Notes: generated by a model not told the origin, from the letters alone. 64,000 nt of DNA from an uncultured candidatus Porisulfidus sp. (GCA_965204575.1 OZ241993.1:256001-320000); one strand, 5' to 3'. Shown: positions 35,321 through 45,905, counted from the stretch's first letter. Program-made: numbers and translations.

Positions 35321-37572
35321 GATGGTTCCTGACCGGCCCTTGGCCGGTCATCGGCATGTTCCTGCTGCTGGCCGGTTCATTGGCCATCATGGCCGAGGCC
35401 ACGCAGAGTTCGGGCCATTTCCACCGGTGGCAATGGTGGGTGGCCAGCTTCAACGGCGTGCTGGCCTTGGCGCTCCTGGCATTGATTGGTCTCAGCCTTT
35501 CCCGTCTGATTCGGAGACTGCACCGCCGCGAGGCTGGATCGCGCCTGTCGCTGCGCATGACGGCCATGTTCGCCAGCTTCACATTGATTCCGACCGCCAT
35601 GGTGTTCTTGTTTTCGGTGTGGCTGATCTCCAGCGGCATCGACAGCTGGTTCGACGTGGGAGTCGATGACACCCTGAGCAAGGCATTGGAATTAAGCCGG
35701 ACCTCGGTCGACATGCAAATGCGGGAGCGACGCTCGCAAGTGGAGCGTCTATTGCAGGAGCCCATTGATGTCAGCGACCCCGAAGCCATGGTCGTACGCA
35801 TGCATGACCTGGTGGTCCAGACGGGCGCGCTGGAAGCGACGTTGCTGGATTCCAGCAACAAAATCATCGCCTCCCAGGGAGAAGTGCCGGACATCCTGCC
35901 GGATCTGCCGGGCGAAGCCCAGCTCCAATTGCTGCAGGAAAGCGAGGAAAGCGGCTTTTACATGGCTCAGGAAGAACACCCGGATCACGGCACCATTGTC
36001 CGCATCCTGATGCAGGTTCCAGCATTGCGTCGGGAGCTGCCTTTCACGGATCAGGAGCTGCCCCTGACCCTGAACCAGGAGCTGCCCCTGACCCTGGACC
36101 GGGAGATGCCCCTGACGACTCAGGAACTGTCCCTGACCCTGCAGATCCTGTACCCGGTGTCCGAGTACATGCTCGGCCTGACCGGCAGCGTCGAAAAAGC
36201 CTCCGTCACCTACCAATCACTCCTGGAACAGCGCACCCCCCTGAAATACAACCTCACCTTCGTGATGGCCCTGGCGGTCCTGTTGGGGCTCCTGTTCGCG
36301 ATGTGGGCCGCCCTGTTCTCGGCACAGCGGATCCTGTCGCCGATCTCGGAACTCGCACGCGGCATCGAGGCCGTGGCGGTCGGCGAATACAGCCAGCGCC
36401 TCCCGGCCGGGCGGCGCGATGAACTGGGCCAACTGGTGCATTCCTACAATGACATGATCGAGCGCCTCGCCAACGCCCGATACGTGGCGGAGACCCAGCG
36501 CCTGACCATCGAGGAGCAACATACCTACCTGCATACGGTCCTGGAGCACTTGTCCTCCGGAGTCATCAGCGTGGATGACCGCAACGAGGTGATTACCGCC
36601 AACCATGCCGCTGGCTCCATCCTGGATCTGGACATCGAACGCTATCTCCGACAGCCCCTCTCGGCTCTGCGCGAGGAGCATCCCCAGCTTGAACCGCTGT
36701 GGAACCTGATGGACCACCAGCAGTACAGCATTACCGAACTCAGGCGGCAATTGCAGATCAACGACGAACTGAAGGTGCTCCACTGCCATGGCGCACAGTT
36801 GCCGAAGGGTGCGGGCTACGTGGTGGTATTCGAGGACATTACGGACCTGCAGCAAGCGCAACGCCAGGCCGCCTGGGGCGAGGTGGCCCGGCGGCTGGCC
36901 CACGAAATCAAGAACCCGTTGACCCCCATCCGCCTGTCGGCGGAACGAATGCAACACCGCATCCAGCCCAGTCTCGCCGCGGAGGATTCCGAGATCCTGC
37001 AACGTGCCACGCAAACCATCGTGCGGCAGGTGGAGTCGATGAAAACCATGATCGACGAATTCAGCGAGTATTCTGCCGACCGCTTCACGCCGGAGTTGTT
37101 GGACCTGAATGCCCTGAGTATGGAGGTGCTTGGTTTATATGAAGAGGATCGACCGAAAATTTCCATCCGGACCGAGTTGAGCGAAGTCCCTTCCTGGATC
37201 CAGGGAGACCCGGACCGCATACGCCAGCTGCTGCACAACCTCATCAAAAATGCACTGGAAGCACAAGAGGAACAGGCGGAAGGAACCATCATCCTGAGTA
37301 CGGGAATACAGGAGAACACGGTGACACTGAAAGTGCGGGATACCGGACCCGGCTTTGCCCCAGAGATCATCGCCCGGGCATTCGAACCGTATGTCACCAC
37401 CAAACCCACCGGAAACGGGCTCGGGCTTGCCGTCGTGTACCGGATTACAGAGGATCATCAGGGGCGGATTCGCGTATACAATGACCCAACGGGAGGCGGG
37501 TGCGTAGAAGTCGAGTTCAACGCATCCCCGCAGCCTCCGCAAGAAGTTCAGAGTCCAGCAGCCGTGGCATGA
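35305..37572 (+). CDS. ntrY: NtrY-like HAMP/PAS sensor histidine kinase
   Basis: AWGEVARRLAHEIKNPLTPIRLSAER, HNLIKNA, DTGPG, FEPYVTTK, GLGL. Confidence 0.92.
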   Translation: MAPALRWFLTGPWPVIGMFLLLAGSLAIMAEATQSSGHFHRWQWWVASFNGVLALALLALIGLSLSRLIRRLHRREAGSRLSLRMTAMFASFTLIPTAMVFLFSVWLISSGIDSWFDVGVDDTLSKALELSRTSVDMQMRERRSQVERLLQEPIDVSDPEAMVVRMHDLVVQTGALEATLLDSSNKIIASQGEVPDILPDLPGEAQLQLLQESEESGFYMAQEEHPDHGTIVRILMQVPALRRELPFTDQELPLTLNQELPLTLDREMPLTTQELSLTLQILYPVSEYMLGLTGSVEKASVTYQSLLEQRTPLKYNLTFVMALAVLLGLLFAMWAALFSAQRILSPISELARGIEAVAVGEYSQRLPAGRRDELGQLVHSYNDMIERLANARYVAETQRLTIEEQHTYLHTVLEHLSSGVISVDDRNEVITANHAAGSILDLDIERYLRQPLSALREEHPQLEPLWNLMDHQQYSITELRRQLQINDELKVLHCHGAQLPKGAGYVVVFEDITDLQQAQRQAAWGEVARRLAHEIKNPLTPIRLSAERMQHRIQPSLAAEDSEILQRATQTIVRQVESMKTMIDEFSEYSADRFTPELLDLNALSMEVLGLYEEDRPKISIRTELSEVPSWIQGDPDRIRQLLHNLIKNALEAQEEQAEGTIILSTGIQENTVTLKVRDTGPGFAPEIIARAFEPYVTTKPTGNGLGLAVVYRITEDHQGRIRVYNDPTGGGCVEVEFNASPQPPQEVQSPAAVA
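36031..36141 (+). repeat. In-frame tandem repeat (5 units of 21-24 bp) in the NtrY periplasmic domain
   Basis: RELPFTD-QELPLTLN-QELPLTLD-REMPLTT-QELSLTL. Confidence 0.9.
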
Positions 37573-38918
37573 GTCGTGAAACCATCCTGATCATCGACGA
37601 CGAGTCCGATATCCGGGCTCAGATCCGGGACATTCTGTCCGACCACGGTTATCGGATCCTGCAAGCCGACTCCGCTTCTGTCGCCCGCAAGCTCGTGCGC
37701 CAACAATCCGTGGACCTGGCATTGCTGGACATCTGGATGCCGGGCGAAGACGGGATGAGTTTGCTCAGGTCGTGGCGCCACGACGACACCCCGGAGTTCC
37801 CGATCCTGATGATGTCCGGGCACGGCAACGTCGAAACCGCGTTGGAAGCCACCCGACTGGGGGCCTGGCATTACCTGGAAAAGCCTTTCGCGATGGACAA
37901 ACTATTGCTCAGCGTTTCGCGGGCACTGGAAACCTACCGCCTGCGCCGGCAAAACCGGGCCCTGTCCAAGGATTCTGCGGCGACCGAGCAGTTGGTCGGC
38001 GACAGCCCAGAAATCCGGCGACTTCGGGAACAAGCACAGGCGTTCGGCGACGACGGCAACCCGGTCCTGATCCTCGGCGAGCCGGGCTGCGAATTTCTGG
38101 CGCTCGCCAACCACATTCACTACAACGGCGTTCGCCATCACTGGCAGCTCGTCATCGGCAGCGGACAGAACCTGAATCAGCGCCTGCTGGAAGAGACCGC
38201 CGGCAACGGCACCTGCCTGCTGCTCGAAGCGCACGGGGGCACGCTGTTCATGAATCCACTGGACCAATTGACGATCAAAACGCAGAGGCGCTTGCTGTCA
38301 GTGCTTGAAAACCACCATCTCCTCCAAGCAAATGGCACCGCCACGCCGATTGACGTACAGCTCATCGCCACCCTGCACCAGAGGCCCGAAGCCGCGCTGG
38401 CCTCGAACATCCTGGATCCCTCGCTGTATGCCCAGTTGGCGCCCTACACCTTGACTCTTCCGCCCTTGCGCGAACGGACCCAAGATATCCCGGAACTGGT
38501 CGAGCACTATGCCGCCCGTTACTGCACGCGTGAAAACCTGCCCATGCGCAGTTTTCCGCCCAGCGTGATGGAAACGCTGCGCAAATACGACTGGCCGGAC
38601 AACGTGCACGAGTTGCGCCGCCTGGTCTATCAACTCCTGATCAGCGGCGACGGGGCCAAGGTCGGACTGACGGAAATCAATCACCTGCTCCATCCGGTGC
38701 CGCAGGCCGATGCTCCCCCCGGAGGACTGGAAAACCTGATGGCCTTGCCGTACCGGGAAGCCCGCACCCGGTTCGAGCAGATGTATTACCAGTTTCAGAT
38801 CGAGCAAAGCGGCGGCAGCATGAAACGGCTGTCCGACAGCACCCACATGGAGCGGACCTACCTCTACAGGAAGTTGCGCGATCTTGGCATCGAACGCCCG
38901 CGGGAATCCTCTTCTTGA
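37569..38918 (+). CDS. ntrX: NtrX-like response regulator (degenerate AAA+ domain)
   Basis: ILIIDDE, LLDIWMPGEDG, MMSGHG, ERTYLYRKL. Confidence 0.9.
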   Translation: MSRETILIIDDESDIRAQIRDILSDHGYRILQADSASVARKLVRQQSVDLALLDIWMPGEDGMSLLRSWRHDDTPEFPILMMSGHGNVETALEATRLGAWHYLEKPFAMDKLLLSVSRALETYRLRRQNRALSKDSAATEQLVGDSPEIRRLREQAQAFGDDGNPVLILGEPGCEFLALANHIHYNGVRHHWQLVIGSGQNLNQRLLEETAGNGTCLLLEAHGGTLFMNPLDQLTIKTQRRLLSVLENHHLLQANGTATPIDVQLIATLHQRPEAALASNILDPSLYAQLAPYTLTLPPLRERTQDIPELVEHYAARYCTRENLPMRSFPPSVMETLRKYDWPDNVHELRRLVYQLLISGDGAKVGLTEINHLLHPVPQADAPPGGLENLMALPYREARTRFEQMYYQFQIEQSGGSMKRLSDSTHMERTYLYRKLRDLGIERPRESSS

Positions 38919-38943
38919 GCGGGGCCCGGACTTTTCCTGACAC

Positions 38944-40305
38944 ATGAAGATCATCATCCTCGGGGCAGGCCGGATCGGCAGTTCGCTGGCGATCGGGCTG
39001 GCGCAGGAAAACAACGAGATCACGCTGATCGACCTGGAAGAGCAGAACCTGAGACACGTCAGTAGCCGCGTGGACCTGCGAACCCTGTCCGGCAACGGCG
39101 CGCATCCCAATATCCTGCAGCAGGCCGGCGCCGAAGATGCCGACATGCTGGTGGCGCTGACCAAGAGCGACGAAGTCAACATGATCGCCTGCCAAGTCGC
39201 CTACAGCCTGTTCAACACGCCCCAGCGGATCGCCCGGGTGCGGGCCGCGGAATACCTGACGCAAGGCAACCTGTTCATGACGGAGGCCCTGCCGATCGAT
39301 GTCCTGATCAGCCCGGAGCAGATTGCCGCACGCAACGTCGAACGGCTGATCCGCCGCCCCGGCGCATTGCAGGTGCTGGAGTTCGCGGACGGCCTGGTGC
39401 AACTCGCCGTGGTGCGCATCTCGCCCGGCGCCCCTGCTGCCGGGCGGAACCTGCTTGACCTGCAACACAGCGTCCCCGACGTCCAGTTGCATGTCGCCGC
39501 CATCTACCGCGACCAGCAGGTCCTGAAGCCGGAGCCCGAACTGCGCCTCAAGGCCCATGACGAAATCGTCATGCTCACTCGCACGGATCAACTCAACACC
39601 GTCGTGGAGAAACTGAGAGCCCAGCCCGGCCGGAGCCGTCACATCCTGATCGCAGGCGGGGGGAATGTCGGCCACGGCATCGCGGCACAACTGGAATCGG
39701 ACTGCCACGTCAAGGTCATCGAGCACAATGAGTACCGTGCACGTTACCTGTCGGAGCAGTTGGCCCGGACGACCGTGCTGCAGGGAGATGCGACTGATGA
39801 CAAGTTGCTGCTGGACGAGAATATCCGGGACATGGACGTGTTCTGCGCGGTGACCAACAACGAGGAGGCCAACATCCTGTCGGCCATGCAGGCCAAGCGC
39901 ATGGGGGTCTCCACCACGATCGCCCTGATCAACCGCCCTTCCTACATCGACCTGATCGAACGTTCCATCGACATCGCGGTCTCCCCCCAGCAGGCCACGC
40001 TGAGCGAATTGCTGACGCACATTCGGCGCGGCGACGTCCTGGCCGTGCATTCGCTGCGGCGCGGGCGCGCGGAAGCGCTGGAAGCCAAGGCCCACCAAAC
40101 GGCCGCAGCGATCGGGCAACCGATCGGCCAACTCAATTTGCCCACGAGTGTCGACATCGCCGCGCTGGTCCGCAATGGCGAAATGATCCTGCCGAACACG
40201 CTCACCACGATCCAGCCCGACGACCACGTCATCCTGTTCATCAGCGACAAGCGGTACCTTAAGGATGTCGAACGGCTGTTCCAGGTCAGCGCCACGTTCT
40301 TCTAA
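38944..40305 (+). CDS. trkA: Trk potassium uptake NAD-binding subunit
   Basis: MKIIILGAGRIG, SDEVNMIAC, IAGGGNVG. Confidence 0.96.
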   Translation: MKIIILGAGRIGSSLAIGLAQENNEITLIDLEEQNLRHVSSRVDLRTLSGNGAHPNILQQAGAEDADMLVALTKSDEVNMIACQVAYSLFNTPQRIARVRAAEYLTQGNLFMTEALPIDVLISPEQIAARNVERLIRRPGALQVLEFADGLVQLAVVRISPGAPAAGRNLLDLQHSVPDVQLHVAAIYRDQQVLKPEPELRLKAHDEIVMLTRTDQLNTVVEKLRAQPGRSRHILIAGGGNVGHGIAAQLESDCHVKVIEHNEYRARYLSEQLARTTVLQGDATDDKLLLDENIRDMDVFCAVTNNEEANILSAMQAKRMGVSTTIALINRPSYIDLIERSIDIAVSPQQATLSELLTHIRRGDVLAVHSLRRGRAEALEAKAHQTAAAIGQPIGQLNLPTSVDIAALVRNGEMILPNTLTTIQPDDHVILFISDKRYLKDVERLFQVSATFF

Positions 40306-40308
40306 TCC

Positions 40309-41775
40309 ATGCCTGTCCAATACCGGGTTGTCCAGCGCCTGCTTGGCTACCTGCTGACTTTCTTCAGCCTCGGCATGCTGCCGCCCTTGGCCCTGAGCCT
40401 GATCCTGGGCGACGGCGAGGCCTTTTCGTTCCTGTACGCATTCTTCCTGCTGTTCCTCCTTGGCACCGCCTTGTGGGTCCAGGCGGCGCACCGTGCGCAC
40501 CGCCGGCAGCCACTGCGGCTGCGCGACGGATTCGTTGTGGTCTCGTTGTTCTGGATCGGCTTGGGACTGGCCGGCTCCATCCCCCTGTATATCTCGCCTT
40601 CCCTCCAACTCAGCGGAACCGATGCCGTGTTCGAGGCAGTCTCGGGACTGACCACGACCGGTGCAACCGTGCTGACAGGCCTGGACGACATGTCTCCCTC
40701 CATCCTGTTCTACCGCCAATTCCTGCAGTGGGCCGGCGGTCTCGGCATCATCGTGCTGGCCGTCGCGATCCTGCCCCTAGTCGGCATGGGCGGCGTGCAA
40801 CTGTACCAGGCCGAGGCACCGCATTCCCTGACCGAGCGGCGCCTGACCCCGCGCATCACCGAAACGGCCAAGGTCCTGTGGTATCTGTACTTCGCGCTGA
40901 CCGCCGCCTGCGGGCTCGCATACTGGGCCGCCGGCATGAGCCCGCTGGATGCCGCCGGCCACGCATTCTCCACCATCGCCATCGGTGGGTTTTCCACCCA
41001 CGACGCGAATTTCGGCTATTTCGACAGCGCCCTGATCGAGATGATCGCGGTTGTCTTCATGATCCTCGCGGGGGCGAACTTCGGCCTGCACTACCTCGCC
41101 CTGAGCCGGCGCAGCCTGCAGCCGTACCGCCAGAACGGCGAATTCCGGGGCTACGTCACGGTCCTGGCTTCCGTGGGAGTCATCTGCATTGGCTACCTGT
41201 GGGCCACCTCCTTCTATGGCGATTCCGTCGAAACCCTGCGCCATGGGCTATTCCAGGCCGTGTCAATCGCCACCACCACCGGCTATACCACCACCGGCTA
41301 CGATCACTGGCCCGTGTTCGCCTCCACGTTGCTGTTGCTTGCCAGCTTCATCGGCGGCTGTGCCGGCTCGACCGGCGGCGGCATGAAAGTCATTCGCTTC
41401 CTGTTGATGGTCAAGCATGGCGGAAAGGAACTGTACCGGATCATTCATCCAACCGCGCAGGTCACGGTTCGAGTCGGCGACCGTGTGATATCGCAAAGCG
41501 CCCTGCAATCGGTTTGGGGGTTTTTCGCCGCCTACATCACCACGTTCACCGTTCTCTTCCTGTTGCTGACGATGACCGGCCTGGATCAGGTCAGCGCATT
41601 CTCGGCAGTTGCCGCGACCCTCAACAACCTGGGCCCCGGACTCGGGGAAGTCAGCCAGAACTACGCTTCCGTCAGCGACTTCGGCAAGTGGCTGTTGTGC
41701 GCCAGCATGGTCTTCGGCCGCCTGGAGGTCTTCACTCTGCTGGTGATCCTGACTCCGGGCTTCTGGCGCCGCTAG
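40309..41775 (+). CDS. trkH: Trk potassium uptake permease
   Basis: FEAVSGLTTTGAT, GGCAGSTGGGMK, NNLGPGLG, GRLEVFT. Confidence 0.96.
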   Translation: MPVQYRVVQRLLGYLLTFFSLGMLPPLALSLILGDGEAFSFLYAFFLLFLLGTALWVQAAHRAHRRQPLRLRDGFVVVSLFWIGLGLAGSIPLYISPSLQLSGTDAVFEAVSGLTTTGATVLTGLDDMSPSILFYRQFLQWAGGLGIIVLAVAILPLVGMGGVQLYQAEAPHSLTERRLTPRITETAKVLWYLYFALTAACGLAYWAAGMSPLDAAGHAFSTIAIGGFSTHDANFGYFDSALIEMIAVVFMILAGANFGLHYLALSRRSLQPYRQNGEFRGYVTVLASVGVICIGYLWATSFYGDSVETLRHGLFQAVSIATTTGYTTTGYDHWPVFASTLLLLASFIGGCAGSTGGGMKVIRFLLMVKHGGKELYRIIHPTAQVTVRVGDRVISQSALQSVWGFFAAYITTFTVLFLLLTMTGLDQVSAFSAVAATLNNLGPGLGEVSQNYASVSDFGKWLLCASMVFGRLEVFTLLVILTPGFWRR

Positions 41776-42308
41776 TGAGTTCGCCGGAACTCTGGGATTC
41801 CCGGTACCGCGAAGCCGCACACGAGCCGCAAGCCTGCGCGGTTTTACAGCAACACCCTTCCCATCTGCCACAACAGGGGCTGGCCCTGGATCTGGCTTGC
41901 GGGCGAGGCGGCAATGCGCTGTGGCTGGCACGCCGGGGGCTGAACGTCCATGCCTGGGACTACTCCGAGGCCGCAATTAGGCATCTGCGCGCGGAAGCCG
42001 AACGACACCGCCTTGCCGTTCAGGCCGAAGTCCGGGACGTCGTGCTCAAGCCTCCGGAACCGGTCCAATATGACCTGCTGGTCGTCAGCCATTTCCTGGA
42101 TCGCGGCCTGATGCCGGCCTTGCTTGCTGCAGTGCGCCCCGGCGGACTGCTGTATTACCAGACCTTCTTGGTCGGCCATCCGGGGCCGGGGCCTCGCAAT
42201 CCCGACTTTCTGCTGCGCCCCGGAGAACTGCCGGAATACTGTGCAGGTTGGGAGATTCTCCACTCTCTGGAGCAGGACGGGCAGGCGCAACTGATTGCGC
42301 GCCGGTAA
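41775..42308 (+). CDS. Class I SAM-dependent methyltransferase (TehB-like)
   Basis: WDSRY, ALDLACGRGGNALWLA, HFLDR; GTG overlaps the trkH stop. Confidence 0.85.
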   Translation: MSSPELWDSRYREAAHEPQACAVLQQHPSHLPQQGLALDLACGRGGNALWLARRGLNVHAWDYSEAAIRHLRAEAERHRLAVQAEVRDVVLKPPEPVQYDLLVVSHFLDRGLMPALLAAVRPGGLLYYQTFLVGHPGPGPRNPDFLLRPGELPEYCAGWEILHSLEQDGQAQLIARR

Positions 42309-42312
42309 ACGC

Positions 42313-43200
42313 CTACGAGTACAGGGATTCGGGCTGGATCAACCGCTTGCGGAAACGCGGATAGCTCCACCAATACTGTGCCACATCCTCGGCAATCGCC
42401 GTCTCCACCATGGCGTTGATGCCGGTTGCGGCTTCCACCCGGTCATGAGCATAAACGCGCGGATCCGCCACATGGAACGAAACATGGAAACCGCCACGGC
42501 AACGGCGCGACTGGATCAGGAGCACCACAACATCCTGCCTCCGGGCCAAGCGGGAGACCAACGCGCCTGTGTTCGCCGGAATTCCAAAGAATGGCGCCAT
42601 GACGCCATCCTCTTTCCTGCGCGGAACATGATCCGGCAGGATACCGACCGCATGATGCTCCCGAAGTGCACGCAGGAGCAGGCGCACGCCAGTCATGTCC
42701 GCGGGGGCTAGAATCGCTCCGGTATGCTGGCGGCCTCGCCGTACAAAATCATCGATGAGGCGGTGCTTCAGCGGGCGGTACATGCTGTATATGGTGACGT
42801 GTCCGGTCAGGTACAGGCCGCTGAACTCCCAACTCCCGAAGTGCGGCGTGACCAGAATGACGCCCTTGCCTTGAGCCTTCGCCTGCTCCAGCAGGTCAAG
42901 CCCCGACACCCGGACTGCCAAGGACTTAATCTGGCTTGGCGACAGACGCCATAGACGTGCCATCTCCAGCATGGTGCGGGCTTCATGGATCAGGCTCTTG
43001 CGGGCCACGCTCTGATGCCAGACATCGTCTTTTTCCGGGTAGCACAGCCTCAAATTCGTCAGACAAGTCTCGAATCGGCGACCCGGTACGTAGCCGATCC
43101 AAAGTCCGACAAGGCTGCCCAGAAGACGCAGCAGGGGCAGCGGCATCCACGAAAGGAACTGCAGCGACCACAGGGAAAAACGGGAATCGAATATGGACAT
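42313..43200 (-). CDS. Lipid A lauroyl/lysophospholipid acyltransferase (LpxL-like)
   Basis: PHFGSWE, GILPDH, APFFG, QYWWSYPRFR. Confidence 0.88.
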   Translation of the reverse strand: MSIFDSRFSLWSLQFLSWMPLPLLRLLGSLVGLWIGYVPGRRFETCLTNLRLCYPEKDDVWHQSVARKSLIHEARTMLEMARLWRLSPSQIKSLAVRVSGLDLLEQAKAQGKGVILVTPHFGSWEFSGLYLTGHVTIYSMYRPLKHRLIDDFVRRGRQHTGAILAPADMTGVRLLLRALREHHAVGILPDHVPRRKEDGVMAPFFGIPANTGALVSRLARRQDVVVLLIQSRRCRGGFHVSFHVADPRVYAHDRVEAATGINAMVETAIAEDVAQYWWSYPRFRKRLIQPESLYS

Positions 43201-43252
43201 CTGGCCAGCCTCACGGCGAAGTATAGAATGAACGCAGTTCCCTATAGTCTTA

Positions 43253-44203
43253 ATGCTCTATCCCGCCATCCGACCCTACGCAACCCGCCGCCTGCAGGTT
43301 GACGCCCAGCATGAACTGCATATCGAGGAATGCGGCAGCCCGGACGGATTGCCCGCGGTATTTTTGCACGGCGGCCCCGGTGCCGGCTGCGAGGATTATC
43401 ACCGCCAGTTCTTCGACCCGGAGAACTACCGGGTGGTCCTGTTCGACCAACGCGGCTCCGGCCGCTCGACTCCTCATGCGGACCTGACCGACAACACGAC
43501 CGCTCACCTGGTCGACGATATCGAAAAAATCCGCGAGGAACTAGGAATCGATCAATGGCTGGTGTTCGGGGGTTCCTGGGGCTCGACCTTGGGGCTGGCC
43601 TATGCCGAGGCCCATCCCAAGCGGGTGCTGGGCCTGATCCTGCGCGGCATCTTCCTGTGCCGGCGCCACGATCTCTCGTGGTTCTACCAGGAAGGCGCAG
43701 ACAAGATATTCCCGGATTACTGGCAGGACTTCCTGGAACCCATCCCGGAAGCGGAACGCGACGATCTGATGCAGGCCTACCACAGCCGTCTGACCGGACC
43801 CGACGAATTGATACGCATGAAAGCAGCCAAGGCCTGGTCCATCTGGGAGGCACGCTGCTCAAACCTGCAGCACAACGCCAAGGTCTTGGAAACGTTTAGC
43901 GACCCGCACACTGCGCTCAGCCTGGCGCGCATCGAGTGCCACTATTTCGTCAACCAGATTTTCCTGCCGGAGAATCACTTGCTGGAACAGGTCGGGAAAC
44001 TGGCCGGAATCCCTGGCATCCTGGTGCATGGCCGCTACGACGTTGTCTGCCCCATCGATCAGGCTTTCGCCTTGCATCATGCTTGGCCGGACTCGCGTTT
44101 GGATCTGGTCGCCGAAGCGGGGCATTCAGCGCTGGAGCAAGGGATCACCACTGCTCTGGTTGCCGCGACAAAGGAGATGCACCTGCGCTTGACCAAGGCA
44201 TAA
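43253..44203 (+). CDS. pip: Proline iminopeptidase
   Basis: LHGGPG, DQRGSGRS, GGSWG, GRYDVVC, AGHS. Confidence 0.95.
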   Translation: MLYPAIRPYATRRLQVDAQHELHIEECGSPDGLPAVFLHGGPGAGCEDYHRQFFDPENYRVVLFDQRGSGRSTPHADLTDNTTAHLVDDIEKIREELGIDQWLVFGGSWGSTLGLAYAEAHPKRVLGLILRGIFLCRRHDLSWFYQEGADKIFPDYWQDFLEPIPEAERDDLMQAYHSRLTGPDELIRMKAAKAWSIWEARCSNLQHNAKVLETFSDPHTALSLARIECHYFVNQIFLPENHLLEQVGKLAGIPGILVHGRYDVVCPIDQAFALHHAWPDSRLDLVAEAGHSALEQGITTALVAATKEMHLRLTKA

Positions 44204-44260
44204 CAAAGAACACGCCCCCTTGTATAATGCCCCGCGCCTGCTCGCAGGTTTTCAGATCAA

Positions 44261-44336
44261 GGCCAGGTAGCTCAGTCGGTAGAGCAGGGGACTGAAAATC
44301 CCCGTGTCGGCGGTTCGATTCCGTCCCTGGCCACCA
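44261..44336 (+). tRNA. tRNA-Phe (GAA)
   Basis: 76-nt cloverleaf GGCCAGGTAGCTCAG...CTGAAAA...GGTTCGATTCC...GGCCACCA; TATAAT at 44223 followed by a GC-rich discriminator. Confidence 0.97.
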
Positions 44337-44443
44337 CATTCTTTCCCTCTAGATTCTGGAGCATACCTGAAACTTTATAGGCTAGCTTGTACACATCAGT
44401 TTTAAATGGTTGCCTCCAGACAAAATTGACCCTTTGTTTCAGA

Positions 44444-45805
44444 CTAAAACCTTTTTGAGAAACTTATTTCAAAGTCGTACTGATAGATTTCAATTTCAAT
44501 CGTTTGTGTCGAATCAAACGGGTTCGGGCCCTCTTGTTTTTCTGTCGGGGAATACATCACGGCCATATTGACTTCCCGGTCACCGGACAGTTTCTTGGTC
44601 AATCCCAGCGTGTAGTGGTTTTCCACGACAGCCGGAGCCAGTATGTTGAACAACACTTCGCTCCGATCGATGGGATGCTCGGCAAAACTGGCGCCCGCAC
44701 GCAGTTCCAGGTCTGGGGCAATCGGGTACTGTACGCCGATTCTGTACACTTCCATGTCCTCCCAGCCGAAACCCGCCCCATTACTGCCGCCTAGGCAACT
44801 CTCCGGATCGGTTCCACCCGCCGCAGGACAATCGAATATGTTTGAGATCGGATTGGCGACCGAATCAACTTTGCTGTACCAGATTTTTTGAAAGTCAAAC
44901 ACGAACGTCAAATCATTATTCGGTTTCAGGGCGAAACCCGCCGTCATGGAAGGCGGAATATCGAAATCACCCTCTTCTGCGAACAAATTGTCGTAGTCAT
45001 CGAACTCGGTCATGAAAATCCGCGATTGATAGGCCAAGCCAATATCTAAATAAGATGTCGGGCTCCAGAGAACTCCAACCCTTGCTCCGTAACCGAACGA
45101 AAAATCCCTGCCATTGTCGGTCAGGTCGTTGGGAGGCATTTCCCCCTCGCTTCGTACAAATTCCTCGGTATACCCCGCAAATGAAGACAACCCTTTCACC
45201 CGAAAAGCCTGGACGGCCAATACCGGACTGATGCCAACCGAAAGCTGTTCATTGACCTTCCGCGAATAAGTGATCGCCAGGAAAAGCTGAGCCAGGTCAA
45301 CACCGGAAACACCCGCCCCATAGGTTCCCGGAAAGGTTCCAGTCGGATTCGGACCGGGTCCATCCGGATCGAAGGTAGAAGACCCTTCGTTCCATACCGT
45401 GTTCATTCCCCCATTTGCGTACAGCGTGATTCCCAGTGAGCTTTGCGAGTCGAGCGGATAGTTATAGCCAACATGAGGAACAGGAAAATAATTTCGGTCG
45501 CTTCGAATATCGTCGGGACCAAGCGTAAACGCACCCCCCGTGCCATTTGCCTGGCTAGCACTACTTTCGTAGTCTCGCCGCGGGCTGAAAATGGCCAGCC
45601 CCCCATCAAATCTTTCTCCAAGATGAACCATTCCTGCGGGGTTTGTCGCCGCGGCGATCGTATCTTGTGGCAGAGCTACCCCCGCACCTGCCATGCCCTT
45701 ATTTTTTGTTCCATACCCGTGAGCAAAATAACCGTTTGTCGCCATTGCATTCGGAATAACCAACACACAAGTCACGCACACCCAAAAAGCAACAAACCTC
45801 TTCAC
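44444..45805 (-). CDS. OmpP1/FadL-family outer-membrane transporter
   Basis: TNGYFAHGYG...GMAGAGVA...NPAGM hatch motif; C-terminal Phe. Confidence 0.88.
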   Translation of the reverse strand: MKRFVAFWVCVTCVLVIPNAMATNGYFAHGYGTKNKGMAGAGVALPQDTIAAATNPAGMVHLGERFDGGLAIFSPRRDYESSASQANGTGGAFTLGPDDIRSDRNYFPVPHVGYNYPLDSQSSLGITLYANGGMNTVWNEGSSTFDPDGPGPNPTGTFPGTYGAGVSGVDLAQLFLAITYSRKVNEQLSVGISPVLAVQAFRVKGLSSFAGYTEEFVRSEGEMPPNDLTDNGRDFSFGYGARVGVLWSPTSYLDIGLAYQSRIFMTEFDDYDNLFAEEGDFDIPPSMTAGFALKPNNDLTFVFDFQKIWYSKVDSVANPISNIFDCPAAGGTDPESCLGGSNGAGFGWEDMEVYRIGVQYPIAPDLELRAGASFAEHPIDRSEVLFNILAPAVVENHYTLGLTKKLSGDREVNMAVMYSPTEKQEGPNPFDSTQTIEIEIYQYDFEISFSKRF

Positions 45806-45905
45806 AGTGGCACCACAAGATTTCCTAAGACCACACAGGGATTTCTCAATCTATCAGAACTGTTGATTTGGTCAATCTCTCTGGCGAAAACCCGTAGGCT
45901 GGGCC

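Noticed and set aside
36031-36141. Possible mini-CRISPR or inserted MITE in ntrY
   Set aside because: Head-to-tail coding units with no spacers, TIR or TSD
20157-41976. Long alternative-frame ORFs (e.g. 20157-21932, 27497-29092, 29342-30994, 38677-40719)
   Set aside because: Typical high-GC antisense shadows of well-supported genes, with no recognisable motifs
45806-45825. attR-like copy of the tRNA-Phe 3' end (TGGCACCACA)
   Set aside because: Too short and gapped to distinguish from chance
45863-45875. FNR box upstream of fadL (TTGAT-TTG-GTCAA)
   Set aside because: Spacer is 3 nt rather than 4 and one half-site is imperfect
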